A stretch of 64,000 bases of DNA from Bilabrum cf. latius (taxonomy: Eukaryota): contig OZ237735.1 in the NCBI GenBank assembly GCA_965178125.1, forward strand, positions 372,001 to 436,000. Reading direction: 5' to 3'. Position numbers and translations under genes: made by a program. The notes under the pieces are model-generated. The model did not search any database. It worked only from the letters and a program-made list of their open reading frames with translations, and had not been told where the DNA came from. Of the stretch, positions 39,748 through 50,100 are shown in pieces; within the stretch, counting starts at the first letter, position 1, and every line of letters starts with the position of its first letter.

Positions 39748-42128
39748 GCTCAGCCAGCAGAGTGCGCAATGGAAGCAAAGCCGGGCGATCGTGGCGCGAA
39801 TGACCACTCGTATGGCCCCAACGGTGAGGCGGAGGGTGAACGCTGTGGGTGGCGTTTTCGATGTGTTTCAAGGTATGGCTGTTGAACACATGTCGAGCTT
39901 CTCGGAGCCTGTCGTACGCGAGGCTGTGAACATGCTAAACAAAGAAGGGGCAGATGCGCAGCGGGCTCTGTTGGGCAGCTGCGTACGCGGCCACACGCCG
40001 GTCGCTTCCCTGGGCGCAGGGGCTGCCGTTATGGGCGTGTTCAAACCGACCACGACGCCAGACGTGGAATCGGGCCTGCGTGGCGCTCTGGAAGCGGCAG
40101 CAGGGTTCTCAAAGGACGATCTGATGCCCGAGGACCATGGTGAGCTCTGGAAATGCCTGCAGCAACCACTACAGAGTGGTGTAACGCCACAGCAGGCAGC
40201 GTGGGCAGCACGTGCGGCCCTGTTCGGCTATGCCCGGGTGGCACCGTGGACGATCCCCTTCCTCGACGAAATGTTCGATGCTCTGTTGCCCAACATGCTG
40301 ATCCATGCGATGCCGAAGCCGACATGCAGCAGTTCGTCGGCGAGCGCGGCGACGGGTGGAAATTCAGGCCAAGATGCGACGGGCAGCAATGGGGTGCCCC
40401 CACTCTGGGGAGCACCGGTGATCCCGGTACCATCCGGGGCATCAACAACAGCACCATTCACGGGGTCAAGGACTGAACGTGTAGCCGGGGGGCCGATGGG
40501 AGCGCACTCACTGGGCCGGGGCATCATGGACGGTGGCGGGTTTGGGTGGAAACTGCCTGCCCCAAGCGGGGGGGCCGGTGCAGGGGCGACTGCTACCTCA
40601 GGCCATCCGCCGAGCGAGCTGGGCCTCTTTGATTTTGGGGGCGGATTCAGCCGTGGTGGAGTGACTGCGGCCGATGCTGGGGCGGGTGGCAAACCAGCGG
40701 GAGGTCCAACGGCAAGCCGCGGCGCCAGCGCGGTGTTTGGGGCGCAGGCGTCGATGGGCACCATCTCGGGCGCAACGCTGGGAAAAAGGGGGAGAGCGGA
40801 AGAGGTGGGGGAAGCACAAGCTCCCTGGGAGGCCATTGTGGCGGATTCGGAACGTCGCACCAAGGCGGCAAGGCGCGAGCAAGAGGTCGAGGGAGCATCC
40901 GCGGGAGCAGGAGAGGCGACCGCGAGTGACGCGATCGACAAGCGAATTCAACAGGCGGTTGCGGCCATGGCATCGGGTGAGCCCAATGGTACGTTGTAGT
41001 TGCTCCGTGCCCTTGCGCTTGAGTTAAATGCCCGGCCCGAGCACTCCACCCAGGCGATTAAGTCGTCAGCCGGCGCCTGCAAGAAGTCACCATACCAGGG
41101 CCAGGTCGGAGCAGACGATGGAGACGGCGCCAAGGAAGTGCATAATTCCATTCCCACGGCGAAGGGAGTTGACTCTTTGTTCTACGACACCGTACGGTCT
41201 TAGGAGGTGCTTCAATTTAGGGACAGTGCACGGTATTTGGCCGAACTCGGGGAGGAAGGCGAGAGAGCTAAGGACTTGGCCTCAGTGGCGCTGACGAGTG
41301 CGGACAAGGCAAAGATTTCGTTACTTCGGATTGAACGCCCCGCGCAGATAATGTTCGCTTCTATGGCGAGTGCGGCTGGTTTTCGCCGGGAGTCAGGATC
41401 TGGCCGCAGCTTTCATGTGGCACCGGTGCTGGAGGAGGCGGGTGATTTGCTCATGCCGGACGGGATCAGGCAATTTGCGAGTAAGTGCGGGTAGCACGTG
41501 TTGTCGGGAGTGGCAGAACTGGAACAAGGCAACATTTTTCGATTACCCACGATATTGACCAGATCGGTGTGTGGGGCGCTCGAGTGGGTCGTGGCAGGGA
41601 GCACGTCGTTGCTGAAGGTGGTTATCAAACTTGCGACACTGCTGCACCAGGATAAGCATGCGGAAGCCAGGGCAGTAATGAGCAAGCTTCACGAGGCGTT
41701 GGAGATTGCAGTGCGAAGAATGTTTTTGGGTTTAGGGATGGTCCTTCATGCGGCAGCAGTCCGCACGGCAGGTGGAGGCAACGGGGACACAGCCAATACG
41801 GGTCAGCATTTCGTGTTAGCAACTGCTCTGCGCATGATTTTGATACATAGGGTGGCACCAGTGGGGAGAATGGATACTCCTGCGGTGCTTCGACTGTGGT
41901 AGTTGCGGAGCGAGAACGAGACCCCGCTGCGGATGACGCAGACTCAGGTGGGGCCCACGTGGGAATTACTGGGACTGAATCCGGCAGGCAACCATAGCGC
42001 TATGGCGTGGGAGGATGTGACAGCCGCGATAGACAAGTCAGCATTGGAGCGAGCAAAGCGGGTGGCAAAGGCGCATGGGGCCGCAGCTGGAGGAGCGGGG
42101 GCAGCGGCAAAACGGTAGTCAGCGAAGG

Positions 42129-42162
<34 letters not shown>

Positions 42163-42292
42163 CGCGAGTGCGGGTGGACAAGAGTCGCAGCAGGAGTCAG
42201 AGCGCCACAAAGGGACGACATCGGGGCCCAAAAAGTAGGCGGAGCCCCGTACCTCCCCAAGACGAAGTGGCCGACTAGCGGGGAATGGGTGA
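39746..42292 (+). CDS. Ngaro ORF1, putative Gag-like protein (848 aa with TAG=Gln)
   Basis: The ATG overlaps the end of A1. One frame through six TAGs to TGA 42290-42292. Gag assignment is by position only. Confidence 0.7.
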
Positions 42293-44684
42293 CGCGGCCC
42301 GAGCCAGGGGAAGGGCTGCAGTAGTGTAGGCATGTGCACTATCTTCGGAAGCAGCGCAAAAAATCCTGGCTCAGCAGAAGACTCCGACCCTACAGCGTGG
42401 TGAGCCGAGCCTGCGGACACTGGATGGGCGGTGCATTGTGACGGACATCATGGAACACGCGGACGAATTGTTGGACTAGGTTGCATCTGCAGGCCCCTCG
42501 AGACGATGGCACGAGGTGCAGATGGAAGCAGCCGGCTATTCTGTGGATAATGACGGTGATGCGGGAGCGGGGATGACTGGGGATGCACCGTCAGCATTGG
42601 GTGCGGACGGGATGTGGTAGGCTTGGGCACGATGCCTGGCAAAGCGGGACAAGATTGACTTGCGGTCATTCCCACCGGGCTAGGCACCATCATCTGCTTT
42701 GGACGTCTGGTATGGAACGTTGTCACACGGGGAGCGTAGGGGCGAACTGCAGCAGGGGGAGCGATGGGCAGCACGCTAGCCGTGTACGCTGTCACCTCGT
42801 GGAGCATGGCAGGCACATTTGGCTCGTTGTCGACGCTGCGGGGCGCGGGGCGCAGTGGAGCCCGATTGTGTAGCGGGCCGGGGGTTTGTTGGACTGGCAC
42901 GACATGGGCTTCGGGCGGAGGCAGTCTTGAAGGTGTTGGGGGCGCAGCCGGTACGGGCTGACCCGAAGGACTTGCCGGCGGACGAGGAGGATGTAGTCCC
43001 GTTCGTGGAAGCAGCAGCGAGTGCAGGCAAGATTCGACCGGTGGAGGGCGCCGCGGTCTAGGTGACGCCTATGTTCGTTGCCAAGAGGACCGCAATCGAG
43101 GTACAGCAGCGGGAGGGTCAGACACCACGCTTGGTGCAGCGGGAGGACACGACTGGCAAGCAGCGCCTAGTCACGGATATGAAGCGCTCGGGCGCGAATG
43201 AGGCATTCCTTGACTTGCGTTTTCGGTATGGTGATTTTGCTCGGCATTTAGCAGAGCGAGTGGGACGTGACAGGCACGAATGGGGGGCAGCCTTCGATTT
43301 CAAGGCGGCATATCATAGTATAGCGCTGGCACCGGGGCTGCAGCGATGGATGGCAGTTCGCGGAGTGGGTGGCAGCATGTTTTAGTTTGTGGTCTTGTCG
43401 TTTGGTTGCAGAATGGGCTGTTTTGTCGCATCAGTAGTGTTGGCAGAGTGTCTAGCGGGGGTGCGACTGCGCACCGCACATTGGGCTTTTGGGTACATTG
43501 ATGATGGCTTTCTGTCAGCACGTACGGAGGCCCGCACTATGTAGTTGTTGTGGTGTGCCGTGCTTGTAGCGCGGGGGATTGGCATGAGGATATAGCCTAG
43601 CAAACTTACCTTTCCAACATAGGTGATTGAGTTCCTTGGGCTAAAGATTACCCTGGGAGCCCACTTGAAGGTGACACTGCGCTCGGATCGATGGCCACGG
43701 ATCCACGCAGTGCTGAGGACCGTTGAGCGAATGCGAGCTTTCAACATGCTAGCAACGAGTGCGCTGGCGGTCAAGGCTGTGGAGAAACTGGCAGGACAGT
43801 TGGGCGCGGCTGCGGCAGTAATCCCCCACGCTTCGCAGCACGTGTTTGCGATATACTAGGCGGCTGCAAAGGCTCGCAAAGGTGGTAGGCACATCTGGAC
43901 GGCAGAGTTCAACGAGGAATTTGAGTGGTGGCTGACATGTAGGGACCGCGGTATCTTGACAGCGGCAGCAGCTGCACCGATATACCCGTTGCCGGAGGGG
44001 AGAGCATCCGTGTTTTGTGCTGACGCGTCAGCCCATGGACTGGGTGCAATGTGGCGCCGAGGCAATGGTGATTCTGGCTTGATGCAAATGGGTTTCCACG
44101 AGGACATGCAGTTACTATCCAGTACGGCACGCGAACTAGCATCACTACGAGCTTTTTTGTCAGGACCAGGCTAGTTGGCGAGGAGCCAGACTTGCCCAGA
44201 GGCGCTCTTCGTGCTGTCAGACAATCAAGCCCTGCCAAATTTGCTGCGGAAGGGCGGCTCGATGAAGGCTGGGTAGCGAGATGAGCTGCGAGAGATTGGA
44301 AGGCTGGCTGAGAACTTGGGATACGTGATCTTCCCCGTGTGGTAGAGGCGAAGTACACCGATCATGGTGGCATGCGATAGATTGAGCAGGGTGGAGGACG
44401 GTGCTGGTCAACTGGTGTAGACGGCGGGGCAGCGCGTGGGCAAAACGGGGTTTGTCTCGGCGGCAAGGGCGACATCTGACTCAACTTTTCATGCACCATT
44501 TCATCTTCGCAGGACCATTTGGGGAGCTGATCCCAGTGACTGGACGAGCAGGCTCAAGTGCTGCGGCACAACGGCGAGCAGCGGTGGCGGCGACTAGGAC
44601 CCTGATGCTGTAGGAGAGTCAGCAGCTCGGCAAGGGAGCTCTGGACGCGCGCAGGCGGAATCTGACCATGCAGGCGGAACTTGA
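42075..44684 (+). CDS. Ngaro ORF2, reverse transcriptase plus RNase H (frame open from 42021; true start uncertain)
   Basis: RT motifs RLVTD, FDFKAAYHSI, F[Q]FVVLSFG, YIDD (43494-43505) and PT[Q]VIEFLG. RNase H motifs CADAS, RELA, LSDNQ and CDRLSR. Stop TGA 44682-44684. Confidence 0.9.
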
Positions 44685-45729
44685 GGTCGGGGATCCGGTG
44701 GAGGCCATGTGGGCTTTGCTGACGGAGTAGTGCGCCGCCGGGTTGAAGTATGCCACAGTGTTGCGATTGTTCCAAGCGCAAACGGCGTGGTTCAGGTCAG
44801 CGGAGTTCCCGCGTACCCCACTCGCAGACGTGGAGTACAGGCAGGTCAAACTGGCCCTGCTCGGCTACAAGCGTAGATGTGCCGGGGCGACGGATCCGGA
44901 CGCGGTACGTGCCCTACGTGTCCTGGTGGACAACCCTGTAACGTTGCGAGCACTAGTGATGATGGCCTGGTAGCTGCAGGCAGAGTGGGATTCGATGTGG
45001 CAAGGCCCAGCTGCGCTGGCCCGTGCGGACTACAACTCAACACCAGCGGTTCTCGATACATTTATGTGCTGCTATGTGGGGACATTCTGTGGCTTGGCCC
45101 GGTGGCCAGATCTGGTGCATCTGGCAATAGGGGAGATAGAGTGGACTGCAGCGTCTGATGACAACGAGGTTGTTCCCGTGGCCCTGATTGGGTGGCAGCG
45201 GTACAAGTCGCGGGTGCTCGGCGGCAACCCCGAGCAGCGCCCGCCAGCGGTCATTCCATGCTTGCCGGATGGATTCGAGGAGTTGTGCCCGTATCGGTGG
45301 CTGAAGTGGTGGGTATCAGTTCGGTAGCCAACACAAGGGCAGCGCGGGGAAGTATTCGCCTCTCGAACACGGGCTGCGCACAGTGCCACGCTGCAGTGGA
45401 TAACAGCGCAAGGGATTCCTGTGCACCGCAAGGGGGAGGGTGTGTACGCCTTCAAGAGTGCGGGAGTGTCAGCATTGCGCCAGACGGACCCAACCAAGGA
45501 CGAGAAGTACGTGCACGGCCAGGCTGGGTGGTCTCTGCCCAACATGCCAGCGGTGTATGATCGTTACTCATTGATGGAAGCGGCAAGGGTTACGAGGAGT
45601 GGGATTCTTCGGGCTATGGTGGGAGCTGGCTTCATCCCAGAACTTCTGAAGATTTGGGAATCCCAACGCAGGGAGCTTCACCGGAGCCCAGTGAGCAGTG
45701 GTGGGGGTGAACGGGATTCAGGGCTCTAA
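44386..45729 (+). CDS. Ngaro ORF3, tyrosine recombinase (frame open from 44386; first ATG at 44491)
   Basis: FCGLARWPDL (catalytic Arg), RYKSR, LCPYRWL, YAFKSAG and AGWS..MPAVYDR (Trp and catalytic Tyr). Four internal TAGs, stop TAA 45727-45729. Confidence 0.85.
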
Positions 45730-45737
45730 CTGGGCCA

Positions 45738-46118
45738 GTGGGTGTTCCTTGCGGCGTTCGATGGGCGAACAGCCAAAAGGGGGGCCCAGTGTAGATCCCG
45801 TGGCCAGTGGCAGGTAGTCCCCATAGCGGCTTGAAAGGTCCGTGCCGCCTGCCCAGTGCCCGGGGAAGCACCAGCCAAAACCAAAGCGCCACGGAAGGAG
45901 GAGATTACGAGGAGCAGGTACTAGGTACGAGAGTGGAAGCTGAGGGCAGGACAAAGCGGCCAGCCGGGCCTAGGCGGCACGGAGACGGCCGTGCTAGCGA
46001 CAGACGAGTGGGCGACGGTGGGTAGCGGCGCACGAGTGGCGCGTGGCGGGAGAGGGAGAGTGCTGGGGGAGCGAAGCATTGAGCGGTTGATCGACAGATC
46101 CACATTACCAACCATCAT
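45738..46118 (+). repeat. Split direct repeat B1 (381 bp)
   Basis: GTGGGTGTTCCTTGCGG...TTACCAACCATCAT, apparently identical to 47556-47936. Confidence 0.95.
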
Positions 46119-46272
46119 GATTCAATGGCACCCCTACTGACGAATACAGAGCATCCATGTACAGTGATGTTTGGGCCGATAGTGGTATACTGATCGGATC
46201 AATTCCGAGTACGAGCTGAGCGAGACCAGCGCTCTCACTTAGGGGAATTCAGAAGAAGATAAAGGAAATAAT
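46117..46272 (+). repeat. Split direct repeat A2 (156 bp), sharing an AT dinucleotide with B1
   Basis: Copy of 39592-39747 directly abutting B1. Confidence 0.95.
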
Positions 46273-47555
46273 TTTTACTTTTATAGAATTGTTTCTTGTC
46301 TTGTTGGCCCCATTTCCTTCGGATATGGATGGGGCGGCATCGCGGCGGAGGCCGGGAGGTGAGGGGGGACCAGTAGTTGGCGGACAACAGAGGGGCTTAC
46401 AGCTGAAGGGAGGGGTGCCAGGCGGATAAGGTTTACTCAGCGAGACAGGGCGTCTTAGGGGCGGGTAAGTGTGTGTGTGTCACTGCTGCCCGGTAGTGTG
46501 TGTAATATTCTCTTGGGAGGGGGGCGGAGGCAGACCGCTCCTCCTCCCTCCGCACTCAGTACCAGCATGAACCAGCCCTCTTTTCTGTTCATGTGGACCC
46601 CCTGACAACGGGGGGACCACGTGGCACCCACGCAGGATGGCGGCGCAGATTCGGAGGGTACCAACACTCATACCTAGCTACCAACATTTAAGCGTTGCGG
46701 AGGGCAACGGAACGGGGCCAGGGAAGCTGCGTGCGTCTAGCCATCTAGAACACGTGGACGAACTGGTGGTGGCCTTTGCCACCATCCCATTTCACCAACC
46801 AGATGAGGCTCCGTGGTCGCATCTGGTGCCGATGGCCACTGTTAGCAGGACCGTTGGTGGGTGGCTTGGGGGGCCAGGGACTTGGCTGAGTCAAGTAGGC
46901 GTGGGAGTAGGGGTGGGTGCGGTCAGTATGAGGTCCGTGCCTCATGTTGATCGCTGTAAATCCGGCTATAGGTCGGAAGCAACCCACCCTCCCGGTTGCA
47001 ACAGTGGGGACGGGTGTGAGGTGGCCACGCGTGAGGTGGTCATGAGACTGGGAGCAGAGGTGTGGTCCGTGCCGTAAAATCCCCCATGTGGAGCACCTCT
47101 GTTTTTCTGGAAGCACAAAGAACCGCGTTGCGGGCCCAGGAAACTTCTGTCCTTTGGATGGCTCCGTGGCCGAAGGGGGACAGAGTGACCTGCACAGCCG
47201 AGAGGAGAGCCTGAATCTCGGATCGACCCTGGGACAGTCGCACCGGCGACACCCACCGAGAGAGCGAGGCGAGATCCTGCACAGCGTACGCTGCAGTGGA
47301 GGACCACTGTGGTGCTGCAAGAGGCACGGCAACGTGCGGACAGCAGCCGGACCCCGTATCCTCACAGAGGGTAAGGCAATGGGAGCCTGAATAGGAGCGG
47401 ACCGGGTGACGACTGTGCTGGGGCTGCGGTGAGCATACAGGACCGTGTCGAGCGTGGTGGGCTGGGCGGGATGTGCGAGCGGTGATGCCCTAACTCGATC
47501 GAGTTCAAGATTTTTTCTTCTTTTTGCGTGGTGGCGTCCCCTAGGTCGGGGCGGC

Positions 47556-47936
47556 GTGGGTGTTCCTTGCGGCGTTCGATGGGCGAACAGCCAAAAGGGG
47601 GGCCCAGTGTAGATCCCGTGGCCAGTGGCAGGTAGTCCCCATAGCGGCTTGAAAGGTCCGTGCCGCCTGCCCAGTGCCCGGGGAAGCACCAGCCAAAACC
47701 AAAGCGCCACGGAAGGAGGAGATTACGAGGAGCAGGTACTAGGTACGAGAGTGGAAGCTGAGGGCAGGACAAAGCGGCCAGCCGGGCCTAGGCGGCACGG
47801 AGACGGCCGTGCTAGCGACAGACGAGTGGGCGACGGTGGGTAGCGGCGCACGAGTGGCGCGTGGCGGGAGAGGGAGAGTGCTGGGGGAGCGAAGCATTGA
47901 GCGGTTGATCGACAGATCCACATTACCAACCATCAT
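47556..47936 (+). repeat. Split direct repeat B2 (381 bp), right end of the element
   Basis: Copy of 45738-46118. Confidence 0.95.
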
Positions 47937-48041
47937 CATAGGGAGACCGGAATACGGCTCCAAACCGGAACACGGCTTTGGTCATGTCTCGAGAGCTCAC
48001 TTCAACACAAACAAGCAACAAGATTTAAAGAAACAGCAGTC

Positions 48042-49979
48042 ATGGTCGGATTTGAGCTGAACCTAGCAACTGATTACCCCGGACTCCTTGCAAATGCAGC
48101 CGTTGTTCTCGCTGCAGCTGCGGCCATCTACGTGCAGGTAAGGCAAAAGCAAGCACGGCATGCTTAACGATTAAATAGGTGCAGCAAGCTGCATACTCCA
48201 ATGCCATGATATCTATAATACACTAGCTTTCCTGATTTTGTTTGGATCGAACTGAATCACTCTGTTGCTTGGATTCGAGAGTCTACACCGGCGACACGTT
48301 ACACTGGCCATAGACGAATCCTCCACGCAGGGAATAGCGAGAAAGAACTCAGGTTTGACTAATCCCAAAGGGTTGGCTGCAACACTGTGCCTTTTTGGGG
48401 TGTATGTTGTGTAGGGAATCTTTTTGGCAGTCGTTGACGAGACGATGGCGGGAACGTTGGGCGTCATCAGCCTGAACCATGTGCGAGTCATGCAGCTCGC
48501 CAAGTTTCCTCTCGCCCTGAAGATCTTTGCTGCACCGCTCCTGGAATCAGTCGAATTGTACGTGGGAAGCGGTGGGCTTTTGCAAAGCCTCCAGTTCGCG
48601 GTTTCCGTGTCATGGTCCTCAGTCCTCCTGCTCGCCCACGGAAGAGTGCACGACCCCACGGTGTATGTTGTGTAGGGAAACCCTTGTCCATGGTCGTGTC
48701 GTCAGGAACGGGGCACACGCCCCTGTCCCTGGCTGGGCCGCTGATCCTCGCCGGCCTGTTCACAGCGGTCATTGACGTGCACGTTGACAAGCTGGCCCTC
48801 TAGAACATCCCTACCATCCGTGGGGTCGTGCAGGTGGCTGGCGTGTTCGTTGGCCGCGTGGTCGGAAACCCACTCTTCCTCGTGACTGGACAATCCCTCG
48901 GGGCAATTGCCGCTACCGCCGTAGCCATTAATTTGGTTCTTCTTCTGATCGCCTTTGGTACCGATTGGACCGCGGACATGGAGCCTCAGGGTCCTCAGGG
49001 TGCGCCAGATGACCTCCCGTCCAAGTCGGATGAACCAGCCGAGTCCAAGAAGCCCGAACCAGGAGACGCTGACAAAGTTTCGGACAGTGGCACGGACCTG
49101 CGCACAGCTGACTCGACTGCAACTGGTTCACAGGCAGATGCACCGCCAGCTGCCGCAGGAGATGCCGACAGGCCGGTACCGCCAGCAAACCCCTTCGAGG
49201 CCATGCGAGGAGTGATCACGGACTCGTACGAGTTCATAACCCATCGAAAGAACATGTTTCGGTGGCTTCTGCATCAAGTCGTGCCTCCGCTTTCCTACTT
49301 TCACCTCGAGTCGGTGCTCAGGGTGCAGTTTGCCAGCGCTGGGGTGGAGCTTGGCACGGTTGCCTGGGCTGATCTGGCATTCGCTCTGCCGGCCATTGCA
49401 GCGGTGCTTATCATCGACTACATTGCGGATGGCCATCTCAGCCACTACGTTAAGTACTACTACGGCCAGGCCGGCGTTGTGCTTGTCCTGCTCGTATTGC
49501 TGTGGCTCACTTCGACTGGTGCCGTCGACACAACCAGTGCTGCAATCGTCTATGGCATTATGATGCGGGTGCAAGACGTCCTGTTCTTTATTTTCGAGGC
49601 AGGCGAGTTTGCGTTCTACGGCCAAGTCGCGAGCCTGCAGCCATAGATCGCTGGGACGTTGATCGCGCTGCAGGCGTCCATGTTCAACCTCGTGGAGTTC
49701 GCTGGGCCGTGGCTAGCGTCCGTGGGCACCCAGCTTCTGAGTGCCCTTGTCACAGGGAACGATCTCACGGCGTACATGATCGTGGCGCTGGTCATGACAA
49801 CCGTCGGGGTGGGTTTCTTTATCGTGGCCGGAGACGAAGTGCAGCGGTACGGCAACATTCGGCACCGGGACTGGGAGCACAGCCAGCGGCCCATCCAGCG
49901 GAACGTGTGGCTCCTCCGCGTTATCCTGGCCATGCAAGCCGTCGTGGTCGGATCCAACGTTTGGGAGCTACTGGTATGA
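48042..49979 (+). CDS. MFS transporter, AmpG / acetyl-CoA transporter (SLC33)-like; intron 48138-48414; frame break at ~48660-48720 (possible pseudogene or assembly error)
   Basis: Spliced IYVQ|GIFLAV...LAKFPLALKIFAAPLLES resembles the family motif Y..QG.......P...K..WAP..D. It is followed by FTAVIDVHVDKLAL[Q] and many hydrophobic helices. Donor GTAAGG, acceptor TGTAG, stop TGA 49977-49979. Confidence 0.65.
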
Positions 49980-49995
49980 GGTGTGTTTTGAAACC

Positions 49996-50018
49996 GGGGG
50001 GGGGGGGGGGGGGGGGGG
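49996..50018. repeat. G23 homopolymer between two convergent gene ends
   Basis: Seen directly in the sequence. Confidence 0.9.
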
Positions 50019-50100
50019 CTGTCCATTTCTATGGGAATTGCATCGGCGCACACGACGCTGGTTGACTGAGTATCCGCATGTTTACATCAACAGTGCCTGT

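Larger units (their letters stand above)
39592..47936 (+). mobile_element. Ngaro-type (DIRS order) tyrosine-recombinase retrotransposon with split direct repeats: A1-ORF1-RT/RNaseH-YR-B1-A2-spacer-B2
   Basis: A 156-bp repeat A occurs at 39592-39747 and 46117-46272. A 381-bp repeat B occurs at 45738-46118 and 47556-47936. RT, RNase H and YR ORFs lie between A1 and B1. No target-site duplication. Confidence 0.93.

Noticed and set aside
46688-47710. 321-aa minus-strand ORF across the spacer and B2
   Set aside because: It has a non-ATG start inside a repeat and P/R-rich composition typical of antisense GC-rich DNA. No domain was recognised.
39463-48041. Endogenous virophage or Polinton-like element surrounding the Ngaro
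   Set aside because: The flanks are short intergenic sequences next to ordinary host genes. There is no AT-rich island, terminal inverted repeat, or capsid or polymerase ORF.
49996-50018. G23 run as a functional G-quadruplex or terminator
   Set aside because: It is a single homopolymer of uncertain true length with no supporting context.
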